Source: Planctomycetota bacterium
Lineage (GTDB): Bacteria; Planctomycetota; MHYJ01; WSZJ01; JACPWG01
Direction of reading: 5' to 3'
Length of the DNA: 34,132 nucleotides
Assembly (NCBI GenBank): GCA_016197205.1
Contig: JACPWG010000184.1
Span: 1-34,132 of the forward strand
The position numbers and the translations under genes were made by a program. Shown here piece after piece: positions 17,041 through 26,018 of this stretch. Every line of letters begins with the position of its first letter. Position 1 is the first letter of the stretch. Under the pieces are notes generated by a model. That model searched no databases, was not told the DNA's origin, and saw nothing but the letters and a program-made list of their open reading frames with translations.

Positions 17041-19086
17041 CTATCGCGCCGCGGGCGGAGGGGTGCTTTCCCACACGCGCGACATGCCCAGGAGCAGCAG
17101 CTCCACAATGCGGTCGAGGTCCCGGGTGCGGAACAGTTCGAGGTTCTCGGCCACGGAGAGTCCGTTCGCCCGCGACAGGCCTTCCACGCCTGTTTCTCGC
17201 AGGAAGGCGGTCATGTCCGGGTAGTCCCACCAGGCAACGCCCTGCTGCTCATAGATGCGACGCATCTCCTCCGCATGAGGCGCCTGCTTCTGGTAGTCCC
17301 AGGTGAATTCCTGCCGAGGGCGTCCCTCCAGGAGCTCGACGAGGACGGCGCAGGCCCCGCCGAATGCGCCGCAGACGTACAGGGGGCGGGCCGCCCGCAC
17401 GGTGAGGAGCGCCTCTTCGAGGACGCCGGGGATGCGCCCGCTGTACCACGCTTTCTCCCGGCCGCCATCCGGACGCGCTGTCATCGTCGGGCCCACCTTT
17501 CCGCCGATGACGACGCGCGCGTGCACCTCGGCGACCTGTCGCTCCCGCATCGCCGTCATCCCCCGAGCCCACGCGTACCGGCGCACCGGACTCGTCGCCG
17601 CGAAAAACACCGGTTCCGCAACAAAGGTCCCGGGTTCGAGCGCCTCGACGCCGGGGGGGCGCTGCGTGCGGATGAAGGTGGCCAGATTCTGGAGCTTCGC
17701 GCGCTTTTCCTTGGGCAGCGTGTCATACGGCAACGGCCAGCCGACATAATTCCGAATCCGCTCAACGGGCGGCAGGGTGCTCAGCGACTGATGGGCGCGG
17801 ATAAGATCGCACAGCGCGACCGTGTAGCCTTCGCTACCCAGATGGCCGCCGTACGCGAGGCCGGCGCCCCTGACCAGGAGATGCCGAGAGACCTCGAGCA
17901 ACGCCGAGTCGAGGTGCTCGCGCAGGACGCCGTAGCGCTCGGGGTCGTCGCTTTCTGAAACCGACACCGCGACGGTCCATTGCGAGAGCTTCTTGTCCTT
18001 GCCCGCGCGCTGAAGGGGAGTCTCCACCCGATGTCCGAGCGGCCCGAGCACCTCCAGCTCCTCGTCCCCCAGAGGAGGGTCCGGGTAGAGGACGCTGCTC
18101 TGGGGCGGGAGCCGGACCAGCGAGGCGAGCTCCGGCGGCGAGCTGAAAACGAGATCCTCCGGGCGTTTTTGCCCTGCGAGGACTTTCGAGACGTGCAGAA
18201 AGCGAAGCGTCTCCTTCAGCAGGAGGTCGATGGCGCGTTGCGCACCGGCGTTGCGGTAGGAAAGCACGGGCGCGTTCCCCAGGTACGGGAAGCTGCGCGT
18301 GTCGAGACCGGCGAGGGCATCCACGACCACGAACGGCCGCTGATGCTCCTTTGCCAGGAGCACTTCGCGTCGACACCAGGGGCGCCCGCCGTACCGCGTG
18401 GTTGCCAGCACGAGCAAGGCGGAGTCGCGCACGCCCCGGCTGATCTCCTCTGCGAACTCGGAACCGCCGTCGATCCGGGCGCTATCCACCCATGCCTCGA
18501 CGGGCTGCGTGGCGTTCAGGTGCTCGACCACCGCGTTGAAGACCCGCGGCTTCTTGTCGATGTCGAGCTTTGTGTGGCTGACGAACACCTTGAGCGGGAC
18601 GCGCGGACCTTGTTCGAGCCCCATCAGGAAACGGCACAGCGCGATGACTACGCGACGCTCGGTCCAGGCGGTGCGTTGGCCCCATGGCTGCGCATGAGCT
18701 TTGACAAAGCTGGTTCCCTCCAGGCGACGATCGAGCGGCCATGCGGACTCCGAGAGCTGGATCGGCAGGAACTGGTGCCGACCGTCCCGGCACCGCTCTG
18801 CCAGGTCGCCGACAAACGCGGGCCACGCCTGCCGTCCCGGCGGCACTTCGGCCGGTTCGAGCACCATGTCGCTGTCGGCGAAAACGACGACGAGGCTGTG
18901 TTCCGCCTCGTCAAGATCGTGGCGCGCGGGGGGGAGGCCAGTGCCATCCTCGGGCAGAACCACGGTCGGCACGCGCAGACCCGGCAGCGCGGGATCGTCA
19001 TGCAGCGCACGGTGGATGGCGACGGCGAGCTCCCGCGCGTCGGTCGAGTCAGGGTGAAAGACGAGGTGAACCAGCAGGGGCGTCAC
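17041..19086 (-). CDS. TIR-domain protein with a C-terminal SLOG/LOG-like (STALD-like) domain (681 aa). The start is a GTG overlapping the stop of the upstream MVP gene (GTGA).
   Basis: The central TIR is KVFVSHTKLD...GSEFAEEI...LLVLATTRYGGRPWCRREVLLA, with the catalytic-Glu motif. The N-terminal roughly 130 aa are a possible second, degenerate TIR-like fold. The C-terminus has Rossmann-type Gly-rich motifs LVRGAGLAYGGHLG and VVIGGKVG...LYVCGAFGGACAVLVELLEG, reminiscent of LOG/SLOG domains. Confidence 0.7.
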   Translation of the reverse strand: MTPLLVHLVFHPDSTDARELAVAIHRALHDDPALPGLRVPTVVLPEDGTGLPPARHDLDEAEHSLVVVFADSDMVLEPAEVPPGRQAWPAFVGDLAERCRDGRHQFLPIQLSESAWPLDRRLEGTSFVKAHAQPWGQRTAWTERRVVIALCRFLMGLEQGPRVPLKVFVSHTKLDIDKKPRVFNAVVEHLNATQPVEAWVDSARIDGGSEFAEEISRGVRDSALLVLATTRYGGRPWCRREVLLAKEHQRPFVVVDALAGLDTRSFPYLGNAPVLSYRNAGAQRAIDLLLKETLRFLHVSKVLAGQKRPEDLVFSSPPELASLVRLPPQSSVLYPDPPLGDEELEVLGPLGHRVETPLQRAGKDKKLSQWTVAVSVSESDDPERYGVLREHLDSALLEVSRHLLVRGAGLAYGGHLGSEGYTVALCDLIRAHQSLSTLPPVERIRNYVGWPLPYDTLPKEKRAKLQNLATFIRTQRPPGVEALEPGTFVAEPVFFAATSPVRRYAWARGMTAMRERQVAEVHARVVIGGKVGPTMTARPDGGREKAWYSGRIPGVLEEALLTVRAARPLYVCGAFGGACAVLVELLEGRPRQEFTWDYQKQAPHAEEMRRIYEQQGVAWWDYPDMTAFLRETGVEGLSRANGLSVAENLELFRTRDLDRIVELLLLGMSRVWESTPPPAAR

Positions 19087-22000
19087 GACCGCCCCCTCGG
19101 CGCGGAAGAAGGCCCGCCGGGCGCCGGCGGCGGGGCCGCCGGGCCGGACCCGCTCCCCGCCGGGGTCGCCGGCTTCGGACCGTCCGCGCCGCCGCCGCTC
19201 CCGCTCCCGCCGCCCGCGCCGCCGAACCGCTCGCGCAGCGCCTGCAGCGTCGGCAGCACCTTCGTTCCGCCCAGCACTTCCGAAAGGATCGTGCCGACGT
19301 CCTTCCCCTTGTAGAGCGAGACGAGGTTCATGTTCGACGCGACCTCGCCCAGCATGATCTTGTCGCCGAGCGCGGTCATCGCCTCCACCAGCCCGCGCTG
19401 GATCGCGTTTCGCTCCGCGACGGTCGCCGTCGATTGCGCGTTGATCAAGAGCACCTCCAGGTCCCGCAGCCGCGCCGCGCGCTCGACCTCCGCCGCGGCC
19501 AGCGTCCGCTGCGCCTCGGCCTGCACGCGCGCCTCCTCCGCCGCCCGCTTCAGCTCCGCGGCCTTCGCCTCGTCCTCACGGGCGACCCGGGCCTTCTGCG
19601 CAGCCGACTCCCGCGCATCGGTCAGGTCCTGCCGCTCCCGCTCCACGCCCTCGCCGCCCCGCAGCTCCGCGAGCCGCGCCTCGTGACCCAGCCGCCGCAC
19701 GGCCTCCGCGACCTTCGCCTCCCGCTCCTTCGCCTCCTCCGTCAAGCGCGCCATCTCCTTGTCCAGCTCGGCCCGCAACTTCGTCGACGCGAGCTCCTCT
19801 TGCGCCTTCCGGTCGCCGATCTGCAGGGTCACCCACTCCGTGTGCACGCGCTGCATCAGCTCCGCCACGTCGCGGTTCTCGATGACCGCGGACAGGACCT
19901 CCACCTCCGTCACGACCGAGCCGTTCTCCGCGAACGACCGACCCGGGCGCCGCCCGTCCTTCGGCTCGCCCAGGACGGTGTCCCGCACCAGCGCGGGGAG
20001 CTGCGGCCAGAGCTGCGTCAGCGAAAGCGCACGGCTCCGGCTCCGCACGAGCGACCGCAGGTGCTCGCACATCACCTGGACGTAGTTCTCGTGGTTGAAC
20101 CACTTTTCCCGCTGCTCCGCCAGAAAGGTCACGGAGTACGAGACGCGGATGTTCACCTTCACGAAGTCGAACGTCTCGACCGTAATGACGTCCGAGACGC
20201 GATTGCCGAGCGTGCGCAGGAAGCAGGTTTTGAGCAGGCGGTCGTCGGTCTTCGGCGTCCCCATCGAAAGGGAGATCGAGCAGAGGGTCTCTTCGTACCC
20301 GAGCAGCGTCACGCACGGGCCCTCGACGACGCGCCGCGCGTTCGCGGACGTGACGAGGATCGCCGTGTTGTTCGGCACCGTGATGGAGAGCGCCCACGGG
20401 GTCGTGATCGCAGTCGCGGTCCGCTTGTGCGGCTCGTTCGCCGCGATCCACAGGTTCCAGTCGTCCGCGGGGACGATGCGCGTGATTTGCACCTCCTTGC
20501 GCGGATCGACGAGGTACGACTGCTTCCCGCGAATGAGCCGCACCTCGCCGGTCGTGAGGTCGCGGACGTAAATGCCGCTCTTCTGGTCGATGCCGACCGC
20601 CTCGATGAAGATGCGGGCATGGTCGTTGCCGACGACGGCCTGCCCGGTCTCCGGCGACAGGACCTCGATCTCGTTGAACGGGAAAAAAAAGGTGGAAACG
20701 CCGGTGAGCAAGAGCTCGTCGCCCGGGAAGTAGGCGTCCTTCTCCAGCACGAAGGCGCGGGGAAGCCGCTGGGCCAACTCGGCCCGCGCGATGGGCGAAA
20801 TCACGCGGAGCCAGAGGGCGCGCTGCGGCAGCAGTTCGTACGCGTCGTACACGCGATTGCGCGAGCCGACGCTCATGAACGTGTCGTACGGGCCGGGGAA
20901 GACGCGCGCGGGCCCGACCTTGATCTCGCGCTTGCCGTCGGCGTCGATGAGCACGCAGTACTCCTTCTCGCCGAGAACGACCGCGTTGCGGACGAGCCGG
21001 GCCTGGCCGGCCTGCTTCTCGAGGGCGCGCCGCAACGTGGGCGAGGCGAGCACTTCGGCGAGCGAGGGCGGCGCCGCGGCCGCGGAGGCCTGCGCGGCGA
21101 GATTCGCGCCACCGGCGGCGCTCCCGGCCGGGAAGGCGCCCTGCACCGCCTGGAACATCGCGTTGGGCGCGGCGGCCGCCGACGCGGGGGCGGGCATGCC
21201 GGCCGGGGGACCGCCGGGGGACGGCGGCACCGGGGCCTTGCGATGCCGTGCGCGCGCCGACTGGTCGATGTAGACGTCAGCCGCCTGCTGCGCGCGCCTC
21301 GGGACGCCCTGCGCCTCGGCCTCGCTCTGCGCGCCCCCCTCCTCTGCGACCTGGACCTGCTCCGCGAGGGCGTCGATCGCTCCTTGCGCGACGGCCCGGC
21401 GCTCCGGCGCCTCCTGCTTGAGCTGCGCCAATATCTGACGCGCGGCCGCCGCGCCGAGCGCCGCCCCGGTCCCGTCCACGGACGTGTCGGGCACGATGTC
21501 GACGCCGGTCGGCGGGATGTAGAACTGGGTGTCGAGGCCGCGGATCACGATGAGCTGGCCCCGGTTCAGGTCCACGGGCTTCGGCGGCGCGGGCGAGGCG
21601 CCCGCAGGGCCGCCCTCGGCGAGCCGCTCGGCGGTGGAACGGGTGATCGTCGCGGACCGGGCCGTGACCTCATAATAGGGCGCGGTCGTATCGACCGGGC
21701 CATACACCTCGACGAGGAGGTATTGATTCGAGGCGAGCTTGTGCGCGTCGCGCACCTCGACCCGCTGCCCCGGTCGCAAATAGAAGCAGCACGGGCCGGG
21801 GATCATGGAGCGGGTCCCGTTCCGGAGCGGGCGCGACTCGTTGCGGCCGGGACGGAATTTACCGTTGGGCCCGCCGTCGCTTTCGAGAAGAGGGTTGTAG
21901 AGCACGGCGTACTGGTTGTCCCCCAGCTCGACCATCGACTGGGGCTTGCCCGTGACGTCCTCGCGAAAGCCCCCTTCGCCGTCGTCGACGACGACGCGGT

Positions 22001-22139
22001 CGGCCGCGGTCGGGGAAACCATGGTCGGGCCGACGTGGAGCGTGACTTCCCCCTTGTCGTCGTCCTGGACCCACAGGAACTGGCGATCGGTGACCGGGAT
22101 CTTGCGGCTGGTGCGTTCGTTCATGGTTGTAGCCTCCAC
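19083..22139 (-). CDS. Major vault protein (MVP) homologue (1018 aa)
   Basis: The N-terminus [32 protein letters not shown] matches the MVP start [46 protein letters not shown] matches EGIYVQDVKTGKVRAVIG, and [25 protein letters not shown] matches [25 protein letters not shown] in the shoulder domain. A long coiled-coil ([26 protein letters not shown]...) corresponds to the cap-helix, and the tail is Gly/Pro-rich like the cap-ring. Confidence 0.85.
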   Translation of the reverse strand: [1018 protein letters not shown]

Positions 22140-22281
22140 GTCAATGCGCGAGAGTCAGTGCCCGGACGCGCAGAAGAGTCAAATGCGGGTTGTCGGGGTC
22201 TTCGCAGGCGCTTTTTTGCGAACGCCGCGGGACCGCTCGCTAACGCTCGCGGTTCGGTGGGGCCCGCCCCTTCGACAGGGC

Positions 22282-22761
22282 TCAGTAGCCGCCGGAGGAC
22301 GCGTCGACCTTCGGCGCTGGGTCGACTGCTTCAGCGGCGGGCTGGTAACAGATGAGCGCCCCCGCGACGAGCGCGAGCAGCACGCCGAGCAGGTTGATCG
22401 GTCGCAGCCGCTCCCGGCCCGTCGCGACCATGAGGAGCAGCGTCACGGCAGGGTACAAGGCCGTCAGCGGGATGACGCGGCACGCGTCCGCCCGCTCCAG
22501 CGTGGACATCCACACGACGAACGCCACCCCCGCGGTCAGGGCGCCCATCCCGGCCAGGGCCACGCCGCGCTCCCAGCGGATGGTCACGCCGCTCCGGAGC
22601 AGCCACCCGAGGATGAGCACGTTCACAAGGGTCGTGAAGATGCAGCTCCAGACCACGGCGGGCCGTGCCTGCAGCGTCTGCGCGGCGAGCTTGTTGAAGA
22701 AACCCCAGAAACCCCAAACCACGATCACGAACAGGCACGAGCGGGCCAAGGCCAGGTTCAT
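22282..22761 (-). CDS. Small EamA/DMT-like 4-TM membrane protein. The start is taken at the internal Met MNLALARSCLFVIVVWGFW.
   Basis: Four hydrophobic helices in a roughly 159-aa product. The tracked ORF has an improbable Cys/Pro-rich N-terminal extension. Confidence 0.55.
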   Translation of the reverse strand: MNLALARSCLFVIVVWGFWGFFNKLAAQTLQARPAVVWSCIFTTLVNVLILGWLLRSGVTIRWERGVALAGMGALTAGVAFVVWMSTLERADACRVIPLTALYPAVTLLLMVATGRERLRPINLLGVLLALVAGALICYQPAAEAVDPAPKVDASSGGY

Positions 22762-22957
22762 CGCAGGCTCCTCGCAGGGCGGCACCGTCGCTCGACATGG
22801 AGGGCGGTCGTCCGCGGGTGGGCATTCACCACCGAGACACGGGAGCGACACGGAGAACCTTCGCCCGGCTCGTCCACCTCTCCGTGCATTCTCCGTGACT
22901 CGGTGAGTCCGTGACTCCGTGGTGAAGCGGTCGGGTCTCGAAACGGCTACCTCCGCC

Positions 22958-23173
22958 TCACGCTTCCTTCGTCCAGCCGAGAAGGAGCTCCGCCACTTCT
23001 CTCTGAAACCGGCCCTCGACCTCTTGCACCTCTTCGCGGGAGAGCTTCCCGAGCCGGTGCATCTCCGCGCTCACCGCCGCCGCGCACTCCCGCGGCAGAC
23101 CCGCCATGAGCTTCGGGGCGGAGAGCTGGTCCAGCGTCATGAGCGCAATGGCGACCTTGCGAATTCCCGACAT
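22958..23173 (-). CDS. Small (71-aa) helical protein with weak resemblance to FliG/MgtE N-terminal helical repeats
   Basis: It lies 18 bp downstream of the preceding gene on the same strand. Short ORFs in high-GC DNA are uncertain. Confidence 0.35.
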   Translation of the reverse strand: MSGIRKVAIALMTLDQLSAPKLMAGLPRECAAAVSAEMHRLGKLSREEVQEVEGRFQREVAELLLGWTKEA

Positions 23174-23191
23174 GCTTCCTCCCGCCGGGCG

Positions 23192-26017
23192 TCAAAGCCC
23201 GTTAACGTAGGCCCGCCACGCCGTCTGGACTTCCCCGACCGCGTCCCCGAAGGACTCTCGGAAGCCGTTCCAATCGGCCGGGAGCGGCGCAGCCCCGGCG
23301 GCAGCGCCGCGGCACGCGCCCTCGTACATCCGGAAGCGGGCGTGGTCGTCGCTCCGGGGGGAGTTCTGGAGAAAGTGGTAGAAGGACCAGCCCGCCGCGC
23401 GCAGGCGCCGTCGCGCCAGAAGGGGCGAGGCGCCGCCCGCGAGAGCGGGGTCGAGCTTCACGACGGCCTCGAGCCCGGGGAGCGGCCCTTCCGAGAGCGG
23501 GCTGCGCAGCCATGCGAGCAGGGGCGAGCGGGCGACCCCGAGCGTGAGGATCCCGCTCTCCCAGGTCGAGGCCGATAGGTAGTCCGCATACGCCTGTCGA
23601 TACCAGGCCGGGGGGCGCGCCTTCGGAAAGGTCCGCGCGAAGAAGGCGCCTGCGACCGCGCCGAGCACCGCCGTGCGCCGGTCCTCGTCGCCTGTGCCCG
23701 GGTCGTACGTCGCCGCCAACCCCTCGCCGGGGAGCACCACGCCGTCTTCGAGCAGCGAGGCCGCGAGGTTGCGGGATACGCAGAAGCGTCGATAGCCCTC
23801 GAAGTCCCGGAACACCCAGAGCGCGAGCGGTCCGGGGCCGGGCGCCTCCCCGACGTGCCGCCGGACTTCCTCGTGGGCGGGCCCCAGGAGGAGGCCCAGC
23901 TCCTTTGCGAAGTCCGGGCCCACGTTCGTACGGAAGCGCCATTGCCCGCCGTCCCCTTCCCAGGCGAATTCCCAGTCGCGTCGCTTGCGTTCCAGCTCCG
24001 CCGGCGGATACCAGCGACCCTGGAACTCGACCAGCCCCGCGGCGACCCGCTCGTCCTGGGAAGCCCGGGTCCAGGCGCCGTCGCGCAGGACCTGGCCCTC
24101 CTCAAGCTTGCGCACCGACTCCGGCGTCTCCCACCCGGTCCCGTAGGGCACCCGTCCTTCCTCCATCCGGGCGCGCTCCTCCTCCGTGACCAGCCGCCGC
24201 CGGCAGGCCACGAAGCCTCCGACCGGCACGGGCGCGCCGCACCAACGGGACACGACGAGGTCGGCGGCACGCGCGAGCGAAGCGTCCCGGTTGCGCGCGA
24301 GGACGAGCAGCGCGTGTCCGTCCTCCAGGTCGCCGAAGTCGCCGGCCAGCTCCGCCGCGGCGAGCTGTTCCGCGGGCGAGAGTTCGAGGGCCTCGAGGAG
24401 GTGGACGAGCTCGGAGGGGAGAAGCTGGAGCCACGGGACCTCCGCGGGCGCCCCGGCGCGCGCGCGGTCGAGCGAGACCCGCTCCGGATCGGCGGCGCGG
24501 ACCTGCACGCCGGCGTCGGCGTGAAAGGCGTCGCGGAGGGCGGTCTCGGGGAAGCGCCCGCGCGGCAACTCCTGGAGCAGGCGGCTGAAGAGAGCGGCGA
24601 AGCGATGGACCCGCTCCCTCGCCTGCCGCACGCGGTCCCGGAGCGGTGGGGAGAGCGGCAGGGCGAGCAGCGCGTCGCAGGTCGCGCGCGCCTCTTCGAA
24701 GCGCCAGGCGCGGAGAGGGCGCTCGAGCTCCGCAAGGACGCGCGCGTCCTCGACGGGCGAGCGGGCCGGCGCGGCGGCCGGCGTGCCGGCGTCACCCGGC
24801 GGGGCGCCACCGCCGGCGCGGCGGCCGGCGCCGGGGCCCGGTCCCGGCCTTTCCGTGGCGCCGTCCCCCGTGTCTCGTGCGCCGCCTTCCCCGGCGCCGG
24901 TCCCGGCCTCGCCGCGGCCCGCGCTTCCCGAGCTTGTGGACGGCGACTGGCGAATGAGCAGGAAGCCCGCCACCACGAGCCCGGCGACCGCGAGAGCGAT
25001 GCCCAGGAGAAGCGCCAGCGTCGACTGCACGTCAGACGAAGCGGCCTCCGGCTCCTCCTCGAGGGAGGCCCGCCGCCGCTCCTGGAGGTTCAACGCCGCC
25101 TCGAGCTTGCTCGCGTCCAGGAAACCCCGCAGGATGAGGACCTCGCCCAGCTTCCGCTCGATCCCGAGCTCTCGTAGTTTTTTTTGAAGCGAGAGCGCCT
25201 CGCCGACGTCCTCTTTGCGGACGAATTTTCCGGCTTCGAGTACGGCGCCCAGGCGGTCTTCCTGTTCCTGCGTGACCTCGGGGAGATTGAGGGAGAGGGT
25301 GAGGCCGGCCGATTTGCGCTTGAGGTGTTGCACTTCGAGGAGCAGCTCGATCGCGCGGCGGGTGATGTACCCCTTCTCGAAGAGGACCTCGCCGAGCCGT
25401 TGCTCCAATCCCGTCTGCGCCTGGATCTCGCGCTGGAGGTGCAGGCACTCCTGGACCTGGTGGGGCGTGGCGAGGCCGTTCGAGATGACCAGGCTGCCGA
25501 AAAGCAGGTCCTCGGGGGTGAGGATCGTGCCGGGGACGCGGACGCCCGCGCGGTCGCGCACGAGCAGCGCGCGCTGGAACTCCACGAGGCTTTCGAGCGC
25601 GAGCGCGTCGAGGGCCCCGCGCGAAACGAGGATTTCGCCGAGCAGGCGGCGGGGGCCGGCCGCGGCCTCTTCCTGCTGGACGCGGAGGGCGTCGAGCAGT
25701 TCGTCGGGCGTGACGAGGAGGTTGTGGACCGCGAGGCTGCCGATCCGGCGCTCGTCGTCGCGCGCCGGGTCGAGCGGGCGGACGCCGGTTTCGAAGCGCG
25801 GACCGCCGCCGGCCGGGGCCGGAAGGTTCGCCACCGCGGCCGCCGTCTCCCGCGTGAGCGTGCCGAGATCGACGAGGACCTCTTTCAGGTTGAGGTGGAG
25901 GCCGAGCCGTCGCGTCTCTTCGAGGATCCCGAGCGCGTGGTCGAGGTCCTCTTTCGGCGCGAGGTGGTTGTGGAGGACGGCTTCGGCGAACTGGAAATCC
26001 GCGGGGGTGGGCGGCAT
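23192..26017 (-). CDS. Membrane protein with N-terminal GspE-N (T2SSE_N)-like repeats, one TM helix and a large C-terminal domain of unknown function
   Basis: Three repeats of the type LGEILVSRGALDALALESLVEFQ, LGEVLFEKGYITRRAIELLLEVQ and LGEVLILRGFLDASKLEAALNLQ. A hydrophobic segment LALLLGIALAVAGLVVAGFLLI follows. The start at 26017 gives a TGAcATG junction with the upstream acyl-CoA synthetase gene. Confidence 0.7.
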   Translation of the reverse strand: MPPTPADFQFAEAVLHNHLAPKEDLDHALGILEETRRLGLHLNLKEVLVDLGTLTRETAAAVANLPAPAGGGPRFETGVRPLDPARDDERRIGSLAVHNLLVTPDELLDALRVQQEEAAAGPRRLLGEILVSRGALDALALESLVEFQRALLVRDRAGVRVPGTILTPEDLLFGSLVISNGLATPHQVQECLHLQREIQAQTGLEQRLGEVLFEKGYITRRAIELLLEVQHLKRKSAGLTLSLNLPEVTQEQEDRLGAVLEAGKFVRKEDVGEALSLQKKLRELGIERKLGEVLILRGFLDASKLEAALNLQERRRASLEEEPEAASSDVQSTLALLLGIALAVAGLVVAGFLLIRQSPSTSSGSAGRGEAGTGAGEGGARDTGDGATERPGPGPGAGRRAGGGAPPGDAGTPAAAPARSPVEDARVLAELERPLRAWRFEEARATCDALLALPLSPPLRDRVRQARERVHRFAALFSRLLQELPRGRFPETALRDAFHADAGVQVRAADPERVSLDRARAGAPAEVPWLQLLPSELVHLLEALELSPAEQLAAAELAGDFGDLEDGHALLVLARNRDASLARAADLVVSRWCGAPVPVGGFVACRRRLVTEEERARMEEGRVPYGTGWETPESVRKLEEGQVLRDGAWTRASQDERVAAGLVEFQGRWYPPAELERKRRDWEFAWEGDGGQWRFRTNVGPDFAKELGLLLGPAHEEVRRHVGEAPGPGPLALWVFRDFEGYRRFCVSRNLAASLLEDGVVLPGEGLAATYDPGTGDEDRRTAVLGAVAGAFFARTFPKARPPAWYRQAYADYLSASTWESGILTLGVARSPLLAWLRSPLSEGPLPGLEAVVKLDPALAGGASPLLARRRLRAAGWSFYHFLQNSPRSDDHARFRMYEGACRGAAAGAAPLPADWNGFRESFGDAVGEVQTAWRAYVNGL

Positions 26018-26018
26018 G

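Noticed and set aside
18741-22355. 1204-aa plus-strand ORF spanning the MVP gene
   Set aside because: The translation is RG/RR-rich junk. The minus strand encodes clear MVP and TIR homologues, so this is a GC-driven antisense artefact.
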